From Alphaproteobacteria bacterium (GTDB lineage: Bacteria > Pseudomonadota > Alphaproteobacteria > JABAAW01 > JAHZMA01): 64,000 nt of DNA. The notes below the pieces were generated by a model, which saw only the letters and a list, made by a program, of their open reading frames with translations, was not told the DNA's origin and ran no database searches. The DNA lies in assembly GCA_965243045.1 (NCBI GenBank), contig CBDETR010000004.1, positions 840,821 to 904,820 on the forward strand, read 5' to 3'. The position numbers were made by a program, and so were the translations under genes. Of the stretch, positions 1-10,682 are shown in pieces (positions within the stretch are counted from its first letter, which is position 1; the number at the start of each line of letters is the position of its first letter).

Positions 1-777
1 GTCATAGAGGAACATTTCCACAGCAATCATGCCAATAAGGTTAAGAGCAGTGGCAATTTTCTTGGCAATCTCGATGGCTTGTTCGGCAATTTCAGGCAGA
101 ATGATAGCAGGGGCAAGGGTAGAATAAAGAATATGGTCGCGATGGACATTATCCATAGGCGGATAATAATACAGAGAACCATCGGCTTTACGGGCGATAA
201 TCACAGAAATTTCTTTTTGATAATTGATGCGCTCTTCCAGAATGGCTTCTGTTGTAAATTCTGGTAAATCTGAGTTTTCATCAAGCGTGAATTGCCCTTT
301 GCCATCATAGCCAGAACGTGCCATTTTTAAGATAGCATCGGGTTGTACACGGCGTATCATTGCTAATTCTTGTGTATCGGCTACTTTCCACCATTTTGCG
401 GTAGGAATATCATATTTATCAAAGAATAATTTTTCAGCAACACGGTAATTCGCAGTGCCTAAAACAGAGCCATCGGGGCGTGTTGGGACTAAACCGCTCA
501 AAATATTTAATGTTTCAGTGGGAATATTCTCAAATTCTATCGTGACAACATCTATTTTTTTGGCAAATTTCTTTAACGCATCATGGTCTTGATAATCGGC
601 AATCATATGGTCTGAAGCTGTTTCAAAAGCAGGAGAGTTTTTAGAATCAGCATAGATGCATGTATGGTAACCCATACGCAGAGCAGTGGCTGAAATCATA
701 CGCCCTAATTGACCACCACCTAAGATGCCGATGGTGCTGCCCGGCGGAATTATTTTATTGTCATCACGCATGGTCAT
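1..777 (-). CDS. purK: N5-carboxyaminoimidazole ribonucleotide synthase (5' part; runs off window start)
   Basis: Manual translation MTMRDDNKIIPPGSTIGILGGGQLGRM...; contains IEFENIP and YDGKGQ motifs; directly downstream of purE. Confidence 0.92.
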   Translation of the reverse strand, partial: MTMRDDNKIIPPGSTIGILGGGQLGRMISATALRMGYHTCIYADSKNSPAFETASDHMIADYQDHDALKKFAKKIDVVTIEFENIPTETLNILSGLVPTRPDGSVLGTANYRVAEKLFFDKYDIPTAKWWKVADTQELAMIRRVQPDAILKMARSGYDGKGQFTLDENSDLPEFTTEAILEERINYQKEISVIIARKADGSLYYYPPMDNVHRDHILYSTLAPAIILPEIAEQAIEIAKKIATALNLIGMIAVEMFLYD

Positions 778-795
778 CTTTTTTGACTATGTATC

Positions 796-1275
796 TTAAA
801 TATTTGTTGGTACATTATTGGTTTGCTCATTTTGCCAGTTGATGAGGTTTTTTTGCACTTGTGCATCGCTTAAAGCAAGAATGCGCGCGGCTAACAAAGC
901 GGCATTTTTAGCACCTGCATCACCAATCGCTAACGTGCCTACAGGTACGCCAGCAGGCATCTGCACAATGGATAATAAGGAATCTTGTCCAGCCAAATGT
1001 TTGCTTGGTATCGGTACGCCTAGCACGGGTAGATGCGTTAAAGAGGATACCATCCCCGGCAGATGCGCCGCCCCGCCAGCACCAGCAATAATCACTTGAA
1101 TGTTTTTATCTGCCGCCTGTTTGGCAAAATCAAACATGCGTTGCGGGGTGCGGTGCGCTGAAACAATTTGCGCCAGATAAGGAATTTCCAATATCTGCAA
1201 CATATCCATCGCATGTTGCATGATTGGTAAATCACTTCTGCTTCCCATAATAATAGCTATTTTTGCGCTTTCCAT
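796..1275 (-). CDS. purE: N5-CAIR mutase
   Basis: [37 protein letters not shown] motifs. Confidence 0.97.
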   Translation of the reverse strand: MESAKIAIIMGSRSDLPIMQHAMDMLQILEIPYLAQIVSAHRTPQRMFDFAKQAADKNIQVIIAGAGGAAHLPGMVSSLTHLPVLGVPIPSKHLAGQDSLLSIVQMPAGVPVGTLAIGDAGAKNAALLAARILALSDAQVQKNLINWQNEQTNNVPTNI

Positions 1276-2393
1276 TGCTCGGTCTCCATTTCTAATAACC
1301 GCGATAATGTCCGTTCAAACTCATCATGATGACTGCTTCCTTGGTAAAGTTCATGGATTGCAGTTTCGGCTAAACAAATAAGTTGCTTTTTTTTGCTATA
1401 TAACACATCTATCAATAAAATGAAACGCTTTAAGGCATTTCGGTCTTCTTGGTGCAATAAAGGGATATTGCTTAAGAAGAAACACTCGAAATGTTCGGCA
1501 AGATACAAATAATCATTGGCAGCAAGTGGGGATTCGCATAATTGCTGAAAATCAGCAGAGATAATTTTATCATAGCGCGCATGAATGGTTAAGATTCTAC
1601 CATCGGGGAACGAAATATCAGAAGATTCTTCAGGCAAATCACGAATGGCTTGCTGTAATTTTAGGGTAAAATTGCGTTTGCCTTTGGTATCATTCAAATG
1701 CCATAAAGGGGTTTGTGTGCCTGATTGCCGATAATCGCGCTGTGCCGTGATATTAAAAACATGGCATTGCTGATTGAGTAAATCAATGAAGGGTAAGAAT
1801 TGGTCGCGCTGAATGCCATTTTTATAAAGCAAATCGGGCGAAAAATTACTGGTAGCAATTAAGATAATCTGATGGTCAAAAAGCGCATTGAATAGATTTT
1901 TAAGAATCATGGCATCGGCAACATCCGTCACGTGAAATTCATCAAAGCAAATAATATTACAGATTTTACAAATTTCATTGGCAATAAAAACCAAAGGATT
2001 TTGCGTTTGTGTTTTGCGTAACTGGCTTAAACAGCGATGAATTTGCAACATAAATTCATGAAAATGGATGCTCATTTTTTGAGTTGTTGGCAAAGCATCA
2101 AAAAATAAATCCATCATCATGGTTTTGCCTGCACCGGGTGTGCCGTGAAGATATAAACCCTTAATATCAGGGGCTGATTTCTTAAAAGGGTTGATGGTTT
2201 TTGGCTGATTTTGTTGTTGTATGATTTGCAGGTAAATTTGATTTAATGCGGTAACGGCTTCATTTTGCGCATGGTCGGGGCTGATTTTTTGTTGTTTTTG
2301 CAGATGATGCAAGGTTTCAAGTGGCGGTTGTTCTTGATAATCATTGCTGAGATAAGGAAGAAAATAGTGTGCGAGGGCAGGTTGCTCACCCAT
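1257..2393 (-). CDS. zapE: AFG1/ZapE family ATPase
   Basis: [51 protein letters not shown]. Confidence 0.92.
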   Translation of the reverse strand: MGEQPALAHYFLPYLSNDYQEQPPLETLHHLQKQQKISPDHAQNEAVTALNQIYLQIIQQQNQPKTINPFKKSAPDIKGLYLHGTPGAGKTMMMDLFFDALPTTQKMSIHFHEFMLQIHRCLSQLRKTQTQNPLVFIANEICKICNIICFDEFHVTDVADAMILKNLFNALFDHQIILIATSNFSPDLLYKNGIQRDQFLPFIDLLNQQCHVFNITAQRDYRQSGTQTPLWHLNDTKGKRNFTLKLQQAIRDLPEESSDISFPDGRILTIHARYDKIISADFQQLCESPLAANDYLYLAEHFECFFLSNIPLLHQEDRNALKRFILLIDVLYSKKKQLICLAETAIHELYQGSSHHDEFERTLSRLLEMETEQWKAQK

Positions 2394-2413
2394 AGAATTA
2401 TCCGTGAAAAGCG

Positions 2414-3700
2414 TTATTTGGTTTGCGTTATAAAATCAGGTAAATCGCGGATAAAAATATCCTTGCGGTCTGGTCCTGTGGAAACCATCATAATTTTACG
2501 CTCTGTTGCATTTTCAATATAGCTGATAAAATCACGGGCTTCTTGCGGAAATTCATCAAAAGATTGCAAGCCATTCAGGCTTTTTTGCCAGCCTTTCATT
2601 GTGTGATAAACAGGCGTAATCACATCATCTTCGGGTAGATAAGATGGCAAATAATCAATCTGTTTGCCTTGATATAGATAATGGGTGCAAATATTAATCT
2701 CGGCAAATTCATCTAATATATCTAATTTTGTTAGCAACAATCCATCAATGCCCGATATATGAATGGCATGTTGCAATAAGGGCAAATCTAACCACCCGCA
2801 TCGCCTTTTGCGCCCAGTGACGGTGCCAAATTCATGCCCGCATTCTGCTAATAAATCGCCAATCTCGCCTAAATCTTCGCTTGGGAATATGCCATTGCCA
2901 ACACGGGTGCAATAGGCTTTGATGATGCCTAACTTAAAGGGGTGCACTGCTGTGCCACTGCCTGTGGCAATCGCGCCTGCGGTGGTGTTCGATGAGGTAA
3001 CATAAGGATAAGTGCCATGGTCAATATCTAATAATGCTCCTTGCGCGCCTTCAAATAGGAACCTTTTACCTTGCTTCATTAAATCGCGTAAAAACGGTAC
3101 AATCGGCACGGCATGGCGCAATAATAAATCACGATATTGCATAATGAAATCCATAATATCGCTTGGATTGATAGGTGCTTCACCAATGCCTTTTAGCCAA
3201 TAATTGTGATAATTGACGAGTGTTTCAATCTGATTTTTAAGATGTGTCTCATCATATAAATCACACACACGAATGGCACGGCGCGCGATTTTATCTTCAT
3301 AGGCAGGACCAATGCCCCGCGCTGTTGTACCAATTTTCTGCACTTGTCCGCGCAATTTTTCAATATGCGAATGAAGCGGTAAAATCAAAGCGGTGTTATC
3401 GGCAATTTTCAATCGGTCGTTAACAGCAATGCCCCCTGCTTCTAAATTGATAATTTCGCTATTTAAGGCTTCAGGGTTTAGCACCACCCCATTGCCAATC
3501 ACGCATAATTTATCATCGCGCACAATGCCAGAAGGAAGCAGGCTTAACTTAAAGACTTTTCCATCAATCACTAGCGTATGCCCGGCATTATGCCCCCCTT
3601 GAAAGCGGATAATCACATCGTAATAATCGGCAAGAATATCAACAATTTTACCTTTGCCTTCATCGCCCCATTGCAAGCCTGATATGGTTAAATGCTGCAT
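2414..3700 (-). CDS. purA: adenylosuccinate synthetase
   Basis: QWGDEGKGK, GGHNAGHT, GTYPYVTSS, GTVTGRKRRCGWLD. Confidence 0.98.
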   Translation of the reverse strand: MQHLTISGLQWGDEGKGKIVDILADYYDVIIRFQGGHNAGHTLVIDGKVFKLSLLPSGIVRDDKLCVIGNGVVLNPEALNSEIINLEAGGIAVNDRLKIADNTALILPLHSHIEKLRGQVQKIGTTARGIGPAYEDKIARRAIRVCDLYDETHLKNQIETLVNYHNYWLKGIGEAPINPSDIMDFIMQYRDLLLRHAVPIVPFLRDLMKQGKRFLFEGAQGALLDIDHGTYPYVTSSNTTAGAIATGSGTAVHPFKLGIIKAYCTRVGNGIFPSEDLGEIGDLLAECGHEFGTVTGRKRRCGWLDLPLLQHAIHISGIDGLLLTKLDILDEFAEINICTHYLYQGKQIDYLPSYLPEDDVITPVYHTMKGWQKSLNGLQSFDEFPQEARDFISYIENATERKIMMVSTGPDRKDIFIRDLPDFITQTK

Positions 3701-4878
3701 TATTCAGTCACTTCCTTAATGGTTTCTTGCCAATAATAATAGGCACAATCTAAACGTTTTGCTTCTACTTGGCAGGCTTTCTCATCCGTAAACGCGCTAA
3801 AGGCATTAATAATTTGATAGCCCTCTTTTTTATATTGGTTTAATTTTTGGCGAGTATCGGAATTGTGAGCATCTTGCATGGTAATCAGTATTTTTTGATT
3901 GATGGCTGATGTGCTTTGTAATGCCAATAGGGAATCCATATAAAATGAAAAACCAACAGCAGGCTCATCGGTGAAGGGTAATAAATAAGCCCCACCGCGC
4001 CCTAAAGGCAGTGGCGATGATTTTGCGAAGAAACTATAAAGCCAACCATCATGATAATCAACATCATCAATACGGGCAAAATCAATATGAAATTGTGCTT
4101 GAAATTGATAATGTTGTAACGCATTCCATAAATCATTGAGTTTTGTGAAATGCTGACGCAATGTTTCAGGCAAGTCAAAATTTTCAAAAAATTTCAAAAT
4201 ATCAGGCAGGGAACCTGTTTCTTTCACCAATGCGTAAATCAGTTTCTGATGGGTTTTATCATCGGTGATTTTATTAATCTGGTCTAACATTTTATTGGTG
4301 AAAATATCGTTTAGCCACAGGGCTTTTGCATCATCAAACTGAAACCAATCGGCTAATAAACTTGGCACATTCACCAAGGCAACATCAATATGAATATCTT
4401 TGATACCAAGCAAATTTAAGCTTTCAATCGCTAGATAAAGTAATTCGGCTTGGGCATGGACATGATGACTGCCAATAAGCTCGCAACCCATCTGTATAAA
4501 TTGACGTTCAGGGCGGATAAGCCCGCCTTTAATCCGCATCACATCACCCGCATAACATAATTGCAAGGGGCGCGGCGCATCTTGCAGATAAGTCATGGCA
4601 ATGCGTGCAACTTGCGGGGTGATATCGGTACGAAAACTAATGGTGCGCTGTGAATAAGGGTCGGTGGTTCTAAAACTATCGGTATTAGGGGTTTGTGGGC
4701 TGTTATTTAACGCCATTAAATTATCAGCAAATTCAAATAATGGTGGGTTCACAAGCTGATAACCCGCGTAATAAAAATGTTCTAATAATTGATTTTTGAT
4801 AATTTGCTGAGCAAAGGCACGCTTGGGTAAAGCATCGCTAACGCCGTTGGGCAAAAGTGAAATATCATGCAAATTCAT
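3700..4878 (-). CDS. hisZ: ATP phosphoribosyltransferase regulatory subunit
   Basis: LLPNGVSD, RTDITPQVAR, RQFIQMGCELIG, GRGGAY; conserved hisZ-purA order. Confidence 0.9.
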   Translation of the reverse strand: MNLHDISLLPNGVSDALPKRAFAQQIIKNQLLEHFYYAGYQLVNPPLFEFADNLMALNNSPQTPNTDSFRTTDPYSQRTISFRTDITPQVARIAMTYLQDAPRPLQLCYAGDVMRIKGGLIRPERQFIQMGCELIGSHHVHAQAELLYLAIESLNLLGIKDIHIDVALVNVPSLLADWFQFDDAKALWLNDIFTNKMLDQINKITDDKTHQKLIYALVKETGSLPDILKFFENFDLPETLRQHFTKLNDLWNALQHYQFQAQFHIDFARIDDVDYHDGWLYSFFAKSSPLPLGRGGAYLLPFTDEPAVGFSFYMDSLLALQSTSAINQKILITMQDAHNSDTRQKLNQYKKEGYQIINAFSAFTDEKACQVEAKRLDCAYYYWQETIKEVTE

Positions 4879-4917
4879 GAGCGCGTAACAATATCTAATT
4901 CGTGAAAAAAAGCACGA

Positions 4918-5394
4918 TTACGTTACCGCATAGCGCTTATAAACTTTTCCGGGAGCTTCCACATAACCGGCGAATAAATCAATAAAAGGAAAAATTTGAT
5001 TATAATTATCAATGCAACATGTCATCAATGTTCTTGCATCAAGTGCTTGTGATTCTTGAATGGGGGTTGTGGTAACTCCAAGAATCATTTGCCGATTATT
5101 GACATAAAACTTAACATTGGGTTGATAGTTAGAACGATAAAGCAGGCTGAGCACCTTATTGCGATGTTCAACGCCACCCTGGATAGAAAGCGGCATATAG
5201 CCAACAAAACAAATCATTCGCACATTAAAGCCACGATTATCACCCATATTTAGACCTTTATAATAGTTGCGTGTTAATTGCACCATATAAGACATACCGT
5301 GATGAAAAAAGCTAAAAAGGCTTGCTTGCCCAAGCACAATTTGCCCTTGGTCATTGGTTCTAAGCGCGGCAATATAAGTGGGTAACTGGTTCAT
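4918..5394 (-). CDS. hypothetical protein
   Basis: 158-aa ORF co-oriented with the operon; no motif recognised. Confidence 0.6.
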   Translation of the reverse strand: MNQLPTYIAALRTNDQGQIVLGQASLFSFFHHGMSYMVQLTRNYYKGLNMGDNRGFNVRMICFVGYMPLSIQGGVEHRNKVLSLLYRSNYQPNVKFYVNNRQMILGVTTTPIQESQALDARTLMTCCIDNYNQIFPFIDLFAGYVEAPGKVYKRYAVT

Positions 5395-5465
5395 TCTATA
5401 AGTAATGTTGCATTCAAAAATATCAGTTTAAGTGTATTAGGCGCAATTGCACTATTATCACATAA

Positions 5466-6203
5466 TCATTCTATCACTTTATTGATGTAACTTTCAAGTT
5501 GTTTGTAGCTATCTGAATCTTTAGGTAAATTATTTAAGGTTTTTTCAAAATATTTTTGCGCTTCTGCTTGATTGCCTGCGTGCCATTGATGAATTCCTAA
5601 AAATAATAAAGCCTCGCGCTGATTGGGATTTTGGGCAAGAATTTGTTGTAACAATACAAGGCTTCTTTGCGTATCTTTCCCCTGATTCTGCTTGCGTAAG
5701 CTACGGGTTAATGCAAGCAGTAACCCTTCATCATTAGGGGTGAGGGTGCGCGCTTTTTCTAAAATATCAACATATTTACCTGCTTCGCCTAATACCAAAT
5801 AAGCACGTGCCAGCCGTTTTAAGCCATCAATATCATTGGGATTTTCTTCTAATTTTTCTGCTAACCCTGCGACCATTCCCTGAATCATAGCAGTTTGCTC
5901 TTCTTCGCTCATTTGTTGTGCTTGCGCGAGTGTTTCTGCATCTAATTGGGGTGCAACTATTTTGTTATCTGTTAATGATGCTCCGATATTTCGTGGCATA
6001 TCAGGCAAGAATGGCGCGCCTACAATCAAATAAAGTAACAATCCTCCTAATATTGTGAAACCAGATAGAAAAATTCCATTTAAGCGATAATGACCATCAT
6101 TGTGGGATAATTGTAGATAACGCGAATAGGAAATAAGCCCGACTAACACACATGCAATGATGATGAAATAACCTGTTAGCATTTTATTGTTGCTCCGAAC
6201 CAA
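5466..6203 (-). CDS. ccmI: cytochrome c biogenesis TPR protein (CcmI/CycH-like)
   Basis: Two N-terminal TM segments, YLIVGAPFLPDMP, MIQGMVAGLAEKLEENPND, TPR repeats; last gene of the ccm operon. Confidence 0.8.
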   Translation of the reverse strand: MVRSNNKMLTGYFIIIACVLVGLISYSRYLQLSHNDGHYRLNGIFLSGFTILGGLLLYLIVGAPFLPDMPRNIGASLTDNKIVAPQLDAETLAQAQQMSEEEQTAMIQGMVAGLAEKLEENPNDIDGLKRLARAYLVLGEAGKYVDILEKARTLTPNDEGLLLALTRSLRKQNQGKDTQRSLVLLQQILAQNPNQREALLFLGIHQWHAGNQAEAQKYFEKTLNNLPKDSDSYKQLESYINKVIE

Positions 6204-6609
6204 ATTTACGCCATGCTAGCCATAACATGCCTAAAAATAAGAAAAAGGGACCAAACCATAATAATAATGTGCCTGCATTAAAAGGGGGTTTGAAATGGAT
6301 ATAATCACCGTAACGCTGTTTCACGGCATCAATCACTTGCTTGTCTGATTTGCCTTTTTGTAATTCTTCTAATACCATCAAACGTAATCTTTTGGCAATC
6401 AGCGCATCAGATTCCGCAATGCTTTGCCCCTGACAAATAGGACAACGTAATTCTTGCGAAATTTTTTGAGCGCGCACACGTAATTCTTCAGGAAAAGCAA
6501 ACAACACACTATCATCAATAGGCGTTTGTGCCATGCTGATGGGGGCAGTGAAACCTAGCATCAGAAATAATAATAGCACGCGAACAGTTATAATCATAGT
6601 CATAGTCAT
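6184..6609 (-). CDS. ccmH: cytochrome c biogenesis protein CcmH/CycL
   Basis: LRCPICQGQSIAES motif, RYGDYIHFKPP; start inferred at MTMTM. Confidence 0.92.
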   Translation of the reverse strand: MTMTMIITVRVLLLFLMLGFTAPISMAQTPIDDSVLFAFPEELRVRAQKISQELRCPICQGQSIAESDALIAKRLRLMVLEELQKGKSDKQVIDAVKQRYGDYIHFKPPFNAGTLLLWFGPFFLFLGMLWLAWRKFGSEQQ

Positions 6610-6613
6610 GGGA

Positions 6614-7210
6614 TTATTGACGATATTGTGTAAGGGTTGGTAAAATTTCATCTTTGATTAATTCTTCGGTTAAAACCCCTGCCCAACGGTAACGGATAAT
6701 GCCTTTTTTATCGATGATAAAGGTTTCAGGAATGCCATAAACGCCTAATTCAAGCCCTAAATCTTGTTTATTATCCATGATGACAGTCTTAAAAACATTG
6801 CCATGCTTGTTGAGCCAATTTTGGATATTTTGCCTATTATCATTCCATGCCACGCCATAAATGGGAATGTTATATCTTGTGGTTAAATCCTGCAATAAAG
6901 GATGCTCTGCCAAACAAGGCACGCACCAGCTGGCGAAAAAATTAACGATGCTCACATCTTCGTCAGTGATGAGGTCGTGATTATTGATAGGCTCGCCTTG
7001 CAATGTTTCCATCTGAAAGGCAGGTATTTTTTTACCGATATGGGGGGAGGGCAAGCCACGCTCTGGGCGCGATAGCCCAGCATATAACCCAAGAATAATC
7101 AGCACGATGAGTGTGAATGGCAAAAATATATAAAAGGGGTTTTTGCCAAAAGTAAATTTATTTAGCTTTTCATGATTTTTTTCCATAATTTTTTTCTGGG
7201 GCTTTTTCAT
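6614..7210 (-). CDS. ccmG: thiol:disulfide interchange protein CcmG/DsbE
   Basis: NFFASWCVPCLAEHP, LGVYGIPETF; start inferred from ATGA overlap with the ccmF stop. Confidence 0.93.
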   Translation of the reverse strand: MKKPQKKIMEKNHEKLNKFTFGKNPFYIFLPFTLIVLIILGLYAGLSRPERGLPSPHIGKKIPAFQMETLQGEPINNHDLITDEDVSIVNFFASWCVPCLAEHPLLQDLTTRYNIPIYGVAWNDNRQNIQNWLNKHGNVFKTVIMDNKQDLGLELGVYGIPETFIIDKKGIIRYRWAGVLTEELIKDEILPTLTQYRQ

Positions 7211-9108
7211 GATTTTTTTTCTCTTATGGAAGAATGATGAGGCGCACAATGACGTATCAAAGCAAGGGAAGCGGCAACAACCAATAGCAACGCCCCTAAC
7301 CAAATGAATCGCACCCATCTTTTATAATAAGCACGGATAACAATATTATCAGCCGAAACACTTCCCAAGGAAAGATATAAATCATGTCCCCAAAAGCTTT
7401 TAATGGCAGCTTCGGTTGTTTCTTGTTGGCGCGCAAAATAAAATCTTTTTTCAGGTTGCATGGTAAATTGTCGATTGCCATCGGTAATTTCTAACAACAC
7501 TTTTTGCGTTTGGTAATTACTTTCATTTTGCAAAATTAATTTCTGTGGCGTTATCACATAATGTTGGAATTCAAAACTTTCTTCAAAATTAATGGTGATG
7601 TTTTTTTCTAACGATGCGCTAGATGCCACCACCGCACCAATGGCAATCAGCCCCAGCCCGATATGCCCGATATTCATTGCCCAAACAGAGATATTACGTG
7701 AATATTTCCTGACATTATCAGCCGCGCTTATCAGCAACCATAATCCAACAAGAAACACCAAAAAAGCAGGTAATTGCCACAAACCTGAAAGCCATAACAA
7801 TCCGATGGTACTGCCGATGCTGAAAGGCAGTATTTTTTGCACATGTCTTTTGATGAGTTTAACCGATGTGATACGCCAGCGGATAGCAGGCACAAGCCCC
7901 ATTAAAATAATCGTGATGCTCATCAATGGGACAAAGGTTGCATTATAAAAAGGAACGCCTACCGAAATACGCGCACCATTGATAAGCTCGATGGCAAGCG
8001 GATAAAAGGTACCCAGAAAAACCGTGCCAGCCATTGCCAGTAAAAACACATTATTAAAAACCAGCAAACCCTCACGGCTGAAAGGCGCAAATTTTTGAGT
8101 TTCATGCATGGCACTGCCACGCAAGGCATAAAGCAAAAATCCACCAACAAGCATAATCGCAATAATCAGTAAAATAAAAACGCCACGCTCAGGGTCATTC
8201 GCGAAAGAATGGACAGAAGTTAAAATGCCAGAACGCACTAAAAATGTTCCGATAAGGGAAAGCCCAAAACCCATAATGCTTAAAAAAACAGTCCAATGTT
8301 TAAGGCTGTTTGATTTTTGTAGCACTGCTAGCGAATGGATTAAAGCAGTGGTTAACAGCCATGGCATTAAAGATGAATTTTCTACCGGGTCCCAAAACCA
8401 AAAACCGCCCCAGCCTAATTCATAATAGGCCCAGAAGCTTCCCAAAGCGATGCCCGCGCTTAAAAACAACCATGCTAACAATGCGAAGATACGGGTGATA
8501 TGCGCCCAATATTGGTCAATCTTACCATTGATTAAACCGCCAATGGCAAGCGAGAAAACAGTTGAAAGTCCGACATAACCTAAATAAAGCGTAGGCGGAT
8601 GGAAGGCTAATCCCGGGTCTTGTAAAATGGGGTTAAAGCCTTCGCCTTGCTGTGGCATGGGCAAGATGCGCGCAAATGGATTAGAGGTTAGCAACATAAA
8701 TAAGCCAAATAAGAAGATGCTACCCCCTTGAATCGCCAATGTGTAAAACCGCAAATGAATATCTTTTTTGGCACCGAATATCGCTAATAACGCGCTGAAA
8801 ATTGTCATCACGACTAGCCATAAAAGCAACGACCCTTCATGATTGCCCCATAAAGCCGTGATTTTATAAAGCATGGGTTTCAGCGTATGGGAATGTTGAT
8901 AAATCAGAAGCACCGAAAAATCACTACGGGCAAAACCAATCGCCAGCATTAAAAAACTAAAAATCATCAGCAAAGCTTGTACAATCGATAAAGCAGGTGA
9001 AAAATGAATCAAACCCTTATTGCCCAAATGTTGCAGAATAGGTAGCAATGCTTGAATCAGCGCGGCAATAATGGCAATATTGACTGCCAAATGTCCTAAC
9101 TCAATCAT
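7207..9108 (-). CDS. ccmF: heme lyase CcmF
   Basis: WGNHEGS, FHPPTLYLGYVG, WAYYELGWGGFWFWDPVEN, SVHSFA; start inferred at MIELGH. Confidence 0.97.
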   Translation of the reverse strand: MIELGHLAVNIAIIAALIQALLPILQHLGNKGLIHFSPALSIVQALLMIFSFLMLAIGFARSDFSVLLIYQHSHTLKPMLYKITALWGNHEGSLLLWLVVMTIFSALLAIFGAKKDIHLRFYTLAIQGGSIFLFGLFMLLTSNPFARILPMPQQGEGFNPILQDPGLAFHPPTLYLGYVGLSTVFSLAIGGLINGKIDQYWAHITRIFALLAWLFLSAGIALGSFWAYYELGWGGFWFWDPVENSSLMPWLLTTALIHSLAVLQKSNSLKHWTVFLSIMGFGLSLIGTFLVRSGILTSVHSFANDPERGVFILLIIAIMLVGGFLLYALRGSAMHETQKFAPFSREGLLVFNNVFLLAMAGTVFLGTFYPLAIELINGARISVGVPFYNATFVPLMSITIILMGLVPAIRWRITSVKLIKRHVQKILPFSIGSTIGLLWLSGLWQLPAFLVFLVGLWLLISAADNVRKYSRNISVWAMNIGHIGLGLIAIGAVVASSASLEKNITINFEESFEFQHYVITPQKLILQNESNYQTQKVLLEITDGNRQFTMQPEKRFYFARQQETTEAAIKSFWGHDLYLSLGSVSADNIVIRAYYKRWVRFIWLGALLLVVAASLALIRHCAPHHSSIREKKS

Positions 9109-9139
9109 CAGATTATTCTCCGCTCGCTTCTTCTTGCCA

Positions 9140-9568
9140 TTACTCTTGCCATTGCCCATTTTCTTTCAAAGCTTCTACCAATTCGCGTGGTATATAATTT
9201 TCATCATGTTTTGCTAAAATTTGAGTGGCAGTAAATTGTTCATTATTTTCGTAAATGCCTTGTGCGATAATGCCCTGCCCTTCGCGGAATAAATCAGGCA
9301 ACAGCCCTTCATAGTTAATCATCATTTCTGCCTGCCCATCGCTGATGATAAATTCTGCATATTGCCCCTCACGTTTCAGCGTATCTTCAACCACTAAACC
9401 GCCTAATCTTATGGGCGCACCTTTTTTGATTGTGCTAGTGGCAAGCGTTGAAGGGGTTTGAAAAAAAACAATATTCTGATTAAGTGCGCGCAAGATTAAA
9501 AAACTTGCCAGCGCAATAACAGCAATTAAGATGCTGATAAAAATAAGACGTTGATAATGTGGACGCAT
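9140..9568 (-). CDS. ccmE: heme chaperone CcmE
   Basis: RLGGLV, LPDLFREGQG, LAKHDENY. Confidence 0.97.
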   Translation of the reverse strand: MRPHYQRLIFISILIAVIALASFLILRALNQNIVFFQTPSTLATSTIKKGAPIRLGGLVVEDTLKREGQYAEFIISDGQAEMMINYEGLLPDLFREGQGIIAQGIYENNEQFTATQILAKHDENYIPRELVEALKENGQWQE

Positions 9569-9573
9569 AAAAT

Positions 9574-9861
9574 TTAACCTATAGCAACAAGACGAATATC
9601 ATGAAAAGTAATGATATTCTTATCAAAAATATAGATGATTTCACATTTATAGTCGCCTATTATTTTATCATCTAAAATCCTTGCATGAATAGTACCATCT
9701 GAATAATATGTTCCTAAAAGGTCGGGATTTTTTGCTTTAAAATAATTATCTAATTGCAAGATATATTCATCAAGCTCAGAAGCATTTTTAGTTCCTTTAA
9801 GTTTTTGAACAGAGGCAAAAAATACCTTGTTATATGTAACAGTCGCAACGGTTATTGCCAT
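9574..9861 (-). CDS. small hypothetical protein, candidate toxin (RelE/ParE-like size and pattern)
   Basis: 95 aa from an ATG overlapping the upstream stop (TAATG); AT-rich; the fold call is inference only. Confidence 0.5.
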   Translation of the reverse strand: MAITVATVTYNKVFFASVQKLKGTKNASELDEYILQLDNYFKAKNPDLLGTYYSDGTIHARILDDKIIGDYKCEIIYIFDKNIITFHDIRLVAIG

Positions 9862-10469
9862 TAAGAAAGCTTTTGAAGACTTGTATATGCCCAATCACGT
9901 GTATCTTTGAATAATTCTTCGGTGCTATGTCGATTTTCTAGCAGAACCATGCCAATGGGTATTTGGTCTTCATTATCAAACGCACGCCAACAAATATCAT
10001 GAGATAAGTCGCTAATTTCTTCGGCATTATAGTTAGTGATAATTGCATCAGCGACTTCTTCGATAATATTTTTATCATCATCAGTGAAATTATTAAAATC
10101 AGGTTTTTGAAGCGTTTGGTAATTAGTTGTTTTAAAAGTATGAGTAAATTTTTTTTCTACTTTTATCAAACCTTGTTCTTCCATTTTTTTAATAAGAGGA
10201 TAAAAATCAGGAATCATTGGACCATTTTCCCTGCGAATATAATAGGATAATGTACTGATTGTTTGGTAATTTTTACGGAATGTAAATCTATCACAAAACC
10301 ATAGAATTTTATTAAGTTTTATAGCCCCAAATAAGCCATCAGTTTTTTCTGATAAATAAACTACATAATGCATTAAATTTATTAATTTTTGCTCATTATA
10401 AGTTTGGGTTTCTCTTTGTGATGCGCCCAAACCAGCACGAATATCTTCTATGGTATAATTTTGCGTCAT
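9861..10469 (-). CDS. Panacea (DUF4065/SocA-like) antitoxin-domain protein
   Basis: KLNKILWFCD...RENGPM...EEISDLSHDICW pattern typical of DUF4065. Confidence 0.75.
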   Translation of the reverse strand: MTQNYTIEDIRAGLGASQRETQTYNEQKLINLMHYVVYLSEKTDGLFGAIKLNKILWFCDRFTFRKNYQTISTLSYYIRRENGPMIPDFYPLIKKMEEQGLIKVEKKFTHTFKTTNYQTLQKPDFNNFTDDDKNIIEEVADAIITNYNAEEISDLSHDICWRAFDNEDQIPIGMVLLENRHSTEELFKDTRDWAYTSLQKLS

Positions 10470-10532
10470 TCACCTAAAATTCTATTAAAGCCATTTCATT
10501 TTATTGATTATAGGGTTAAGTGTCAATATTTT

Positions 10533-10682
10533 TTACTTTATATTACTGTTTGTTGCTATTTTCTGGCGGATTTTTTTTAATTGTATCAGGCTATAAAACG
10601 TAAGTAACCCTAATAATCCACAAAACACAGCATAGGCAAAAAAGATAAAAAAAGCGTAATCATTGTTGAAAAAATCAATCAT
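10533..10682 (-). CDS. ccmD: heme exporter protein CcmD (below ORF-track cutoff)
   Basis: Manual translation MIDFFNNDYAFFIFFAYAVFCGLLGLLTFYSLIQLKKIRQK..., 49 aa with one TM then a basic tail; ATGA overlap with the ccmC stop. Confidence 0.8.
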   Translation of the reverse strand: MIDFFNNDYAFFIFFAYAVFCGLLGLLTFYSLIQLKKIRQKIATNSNIK

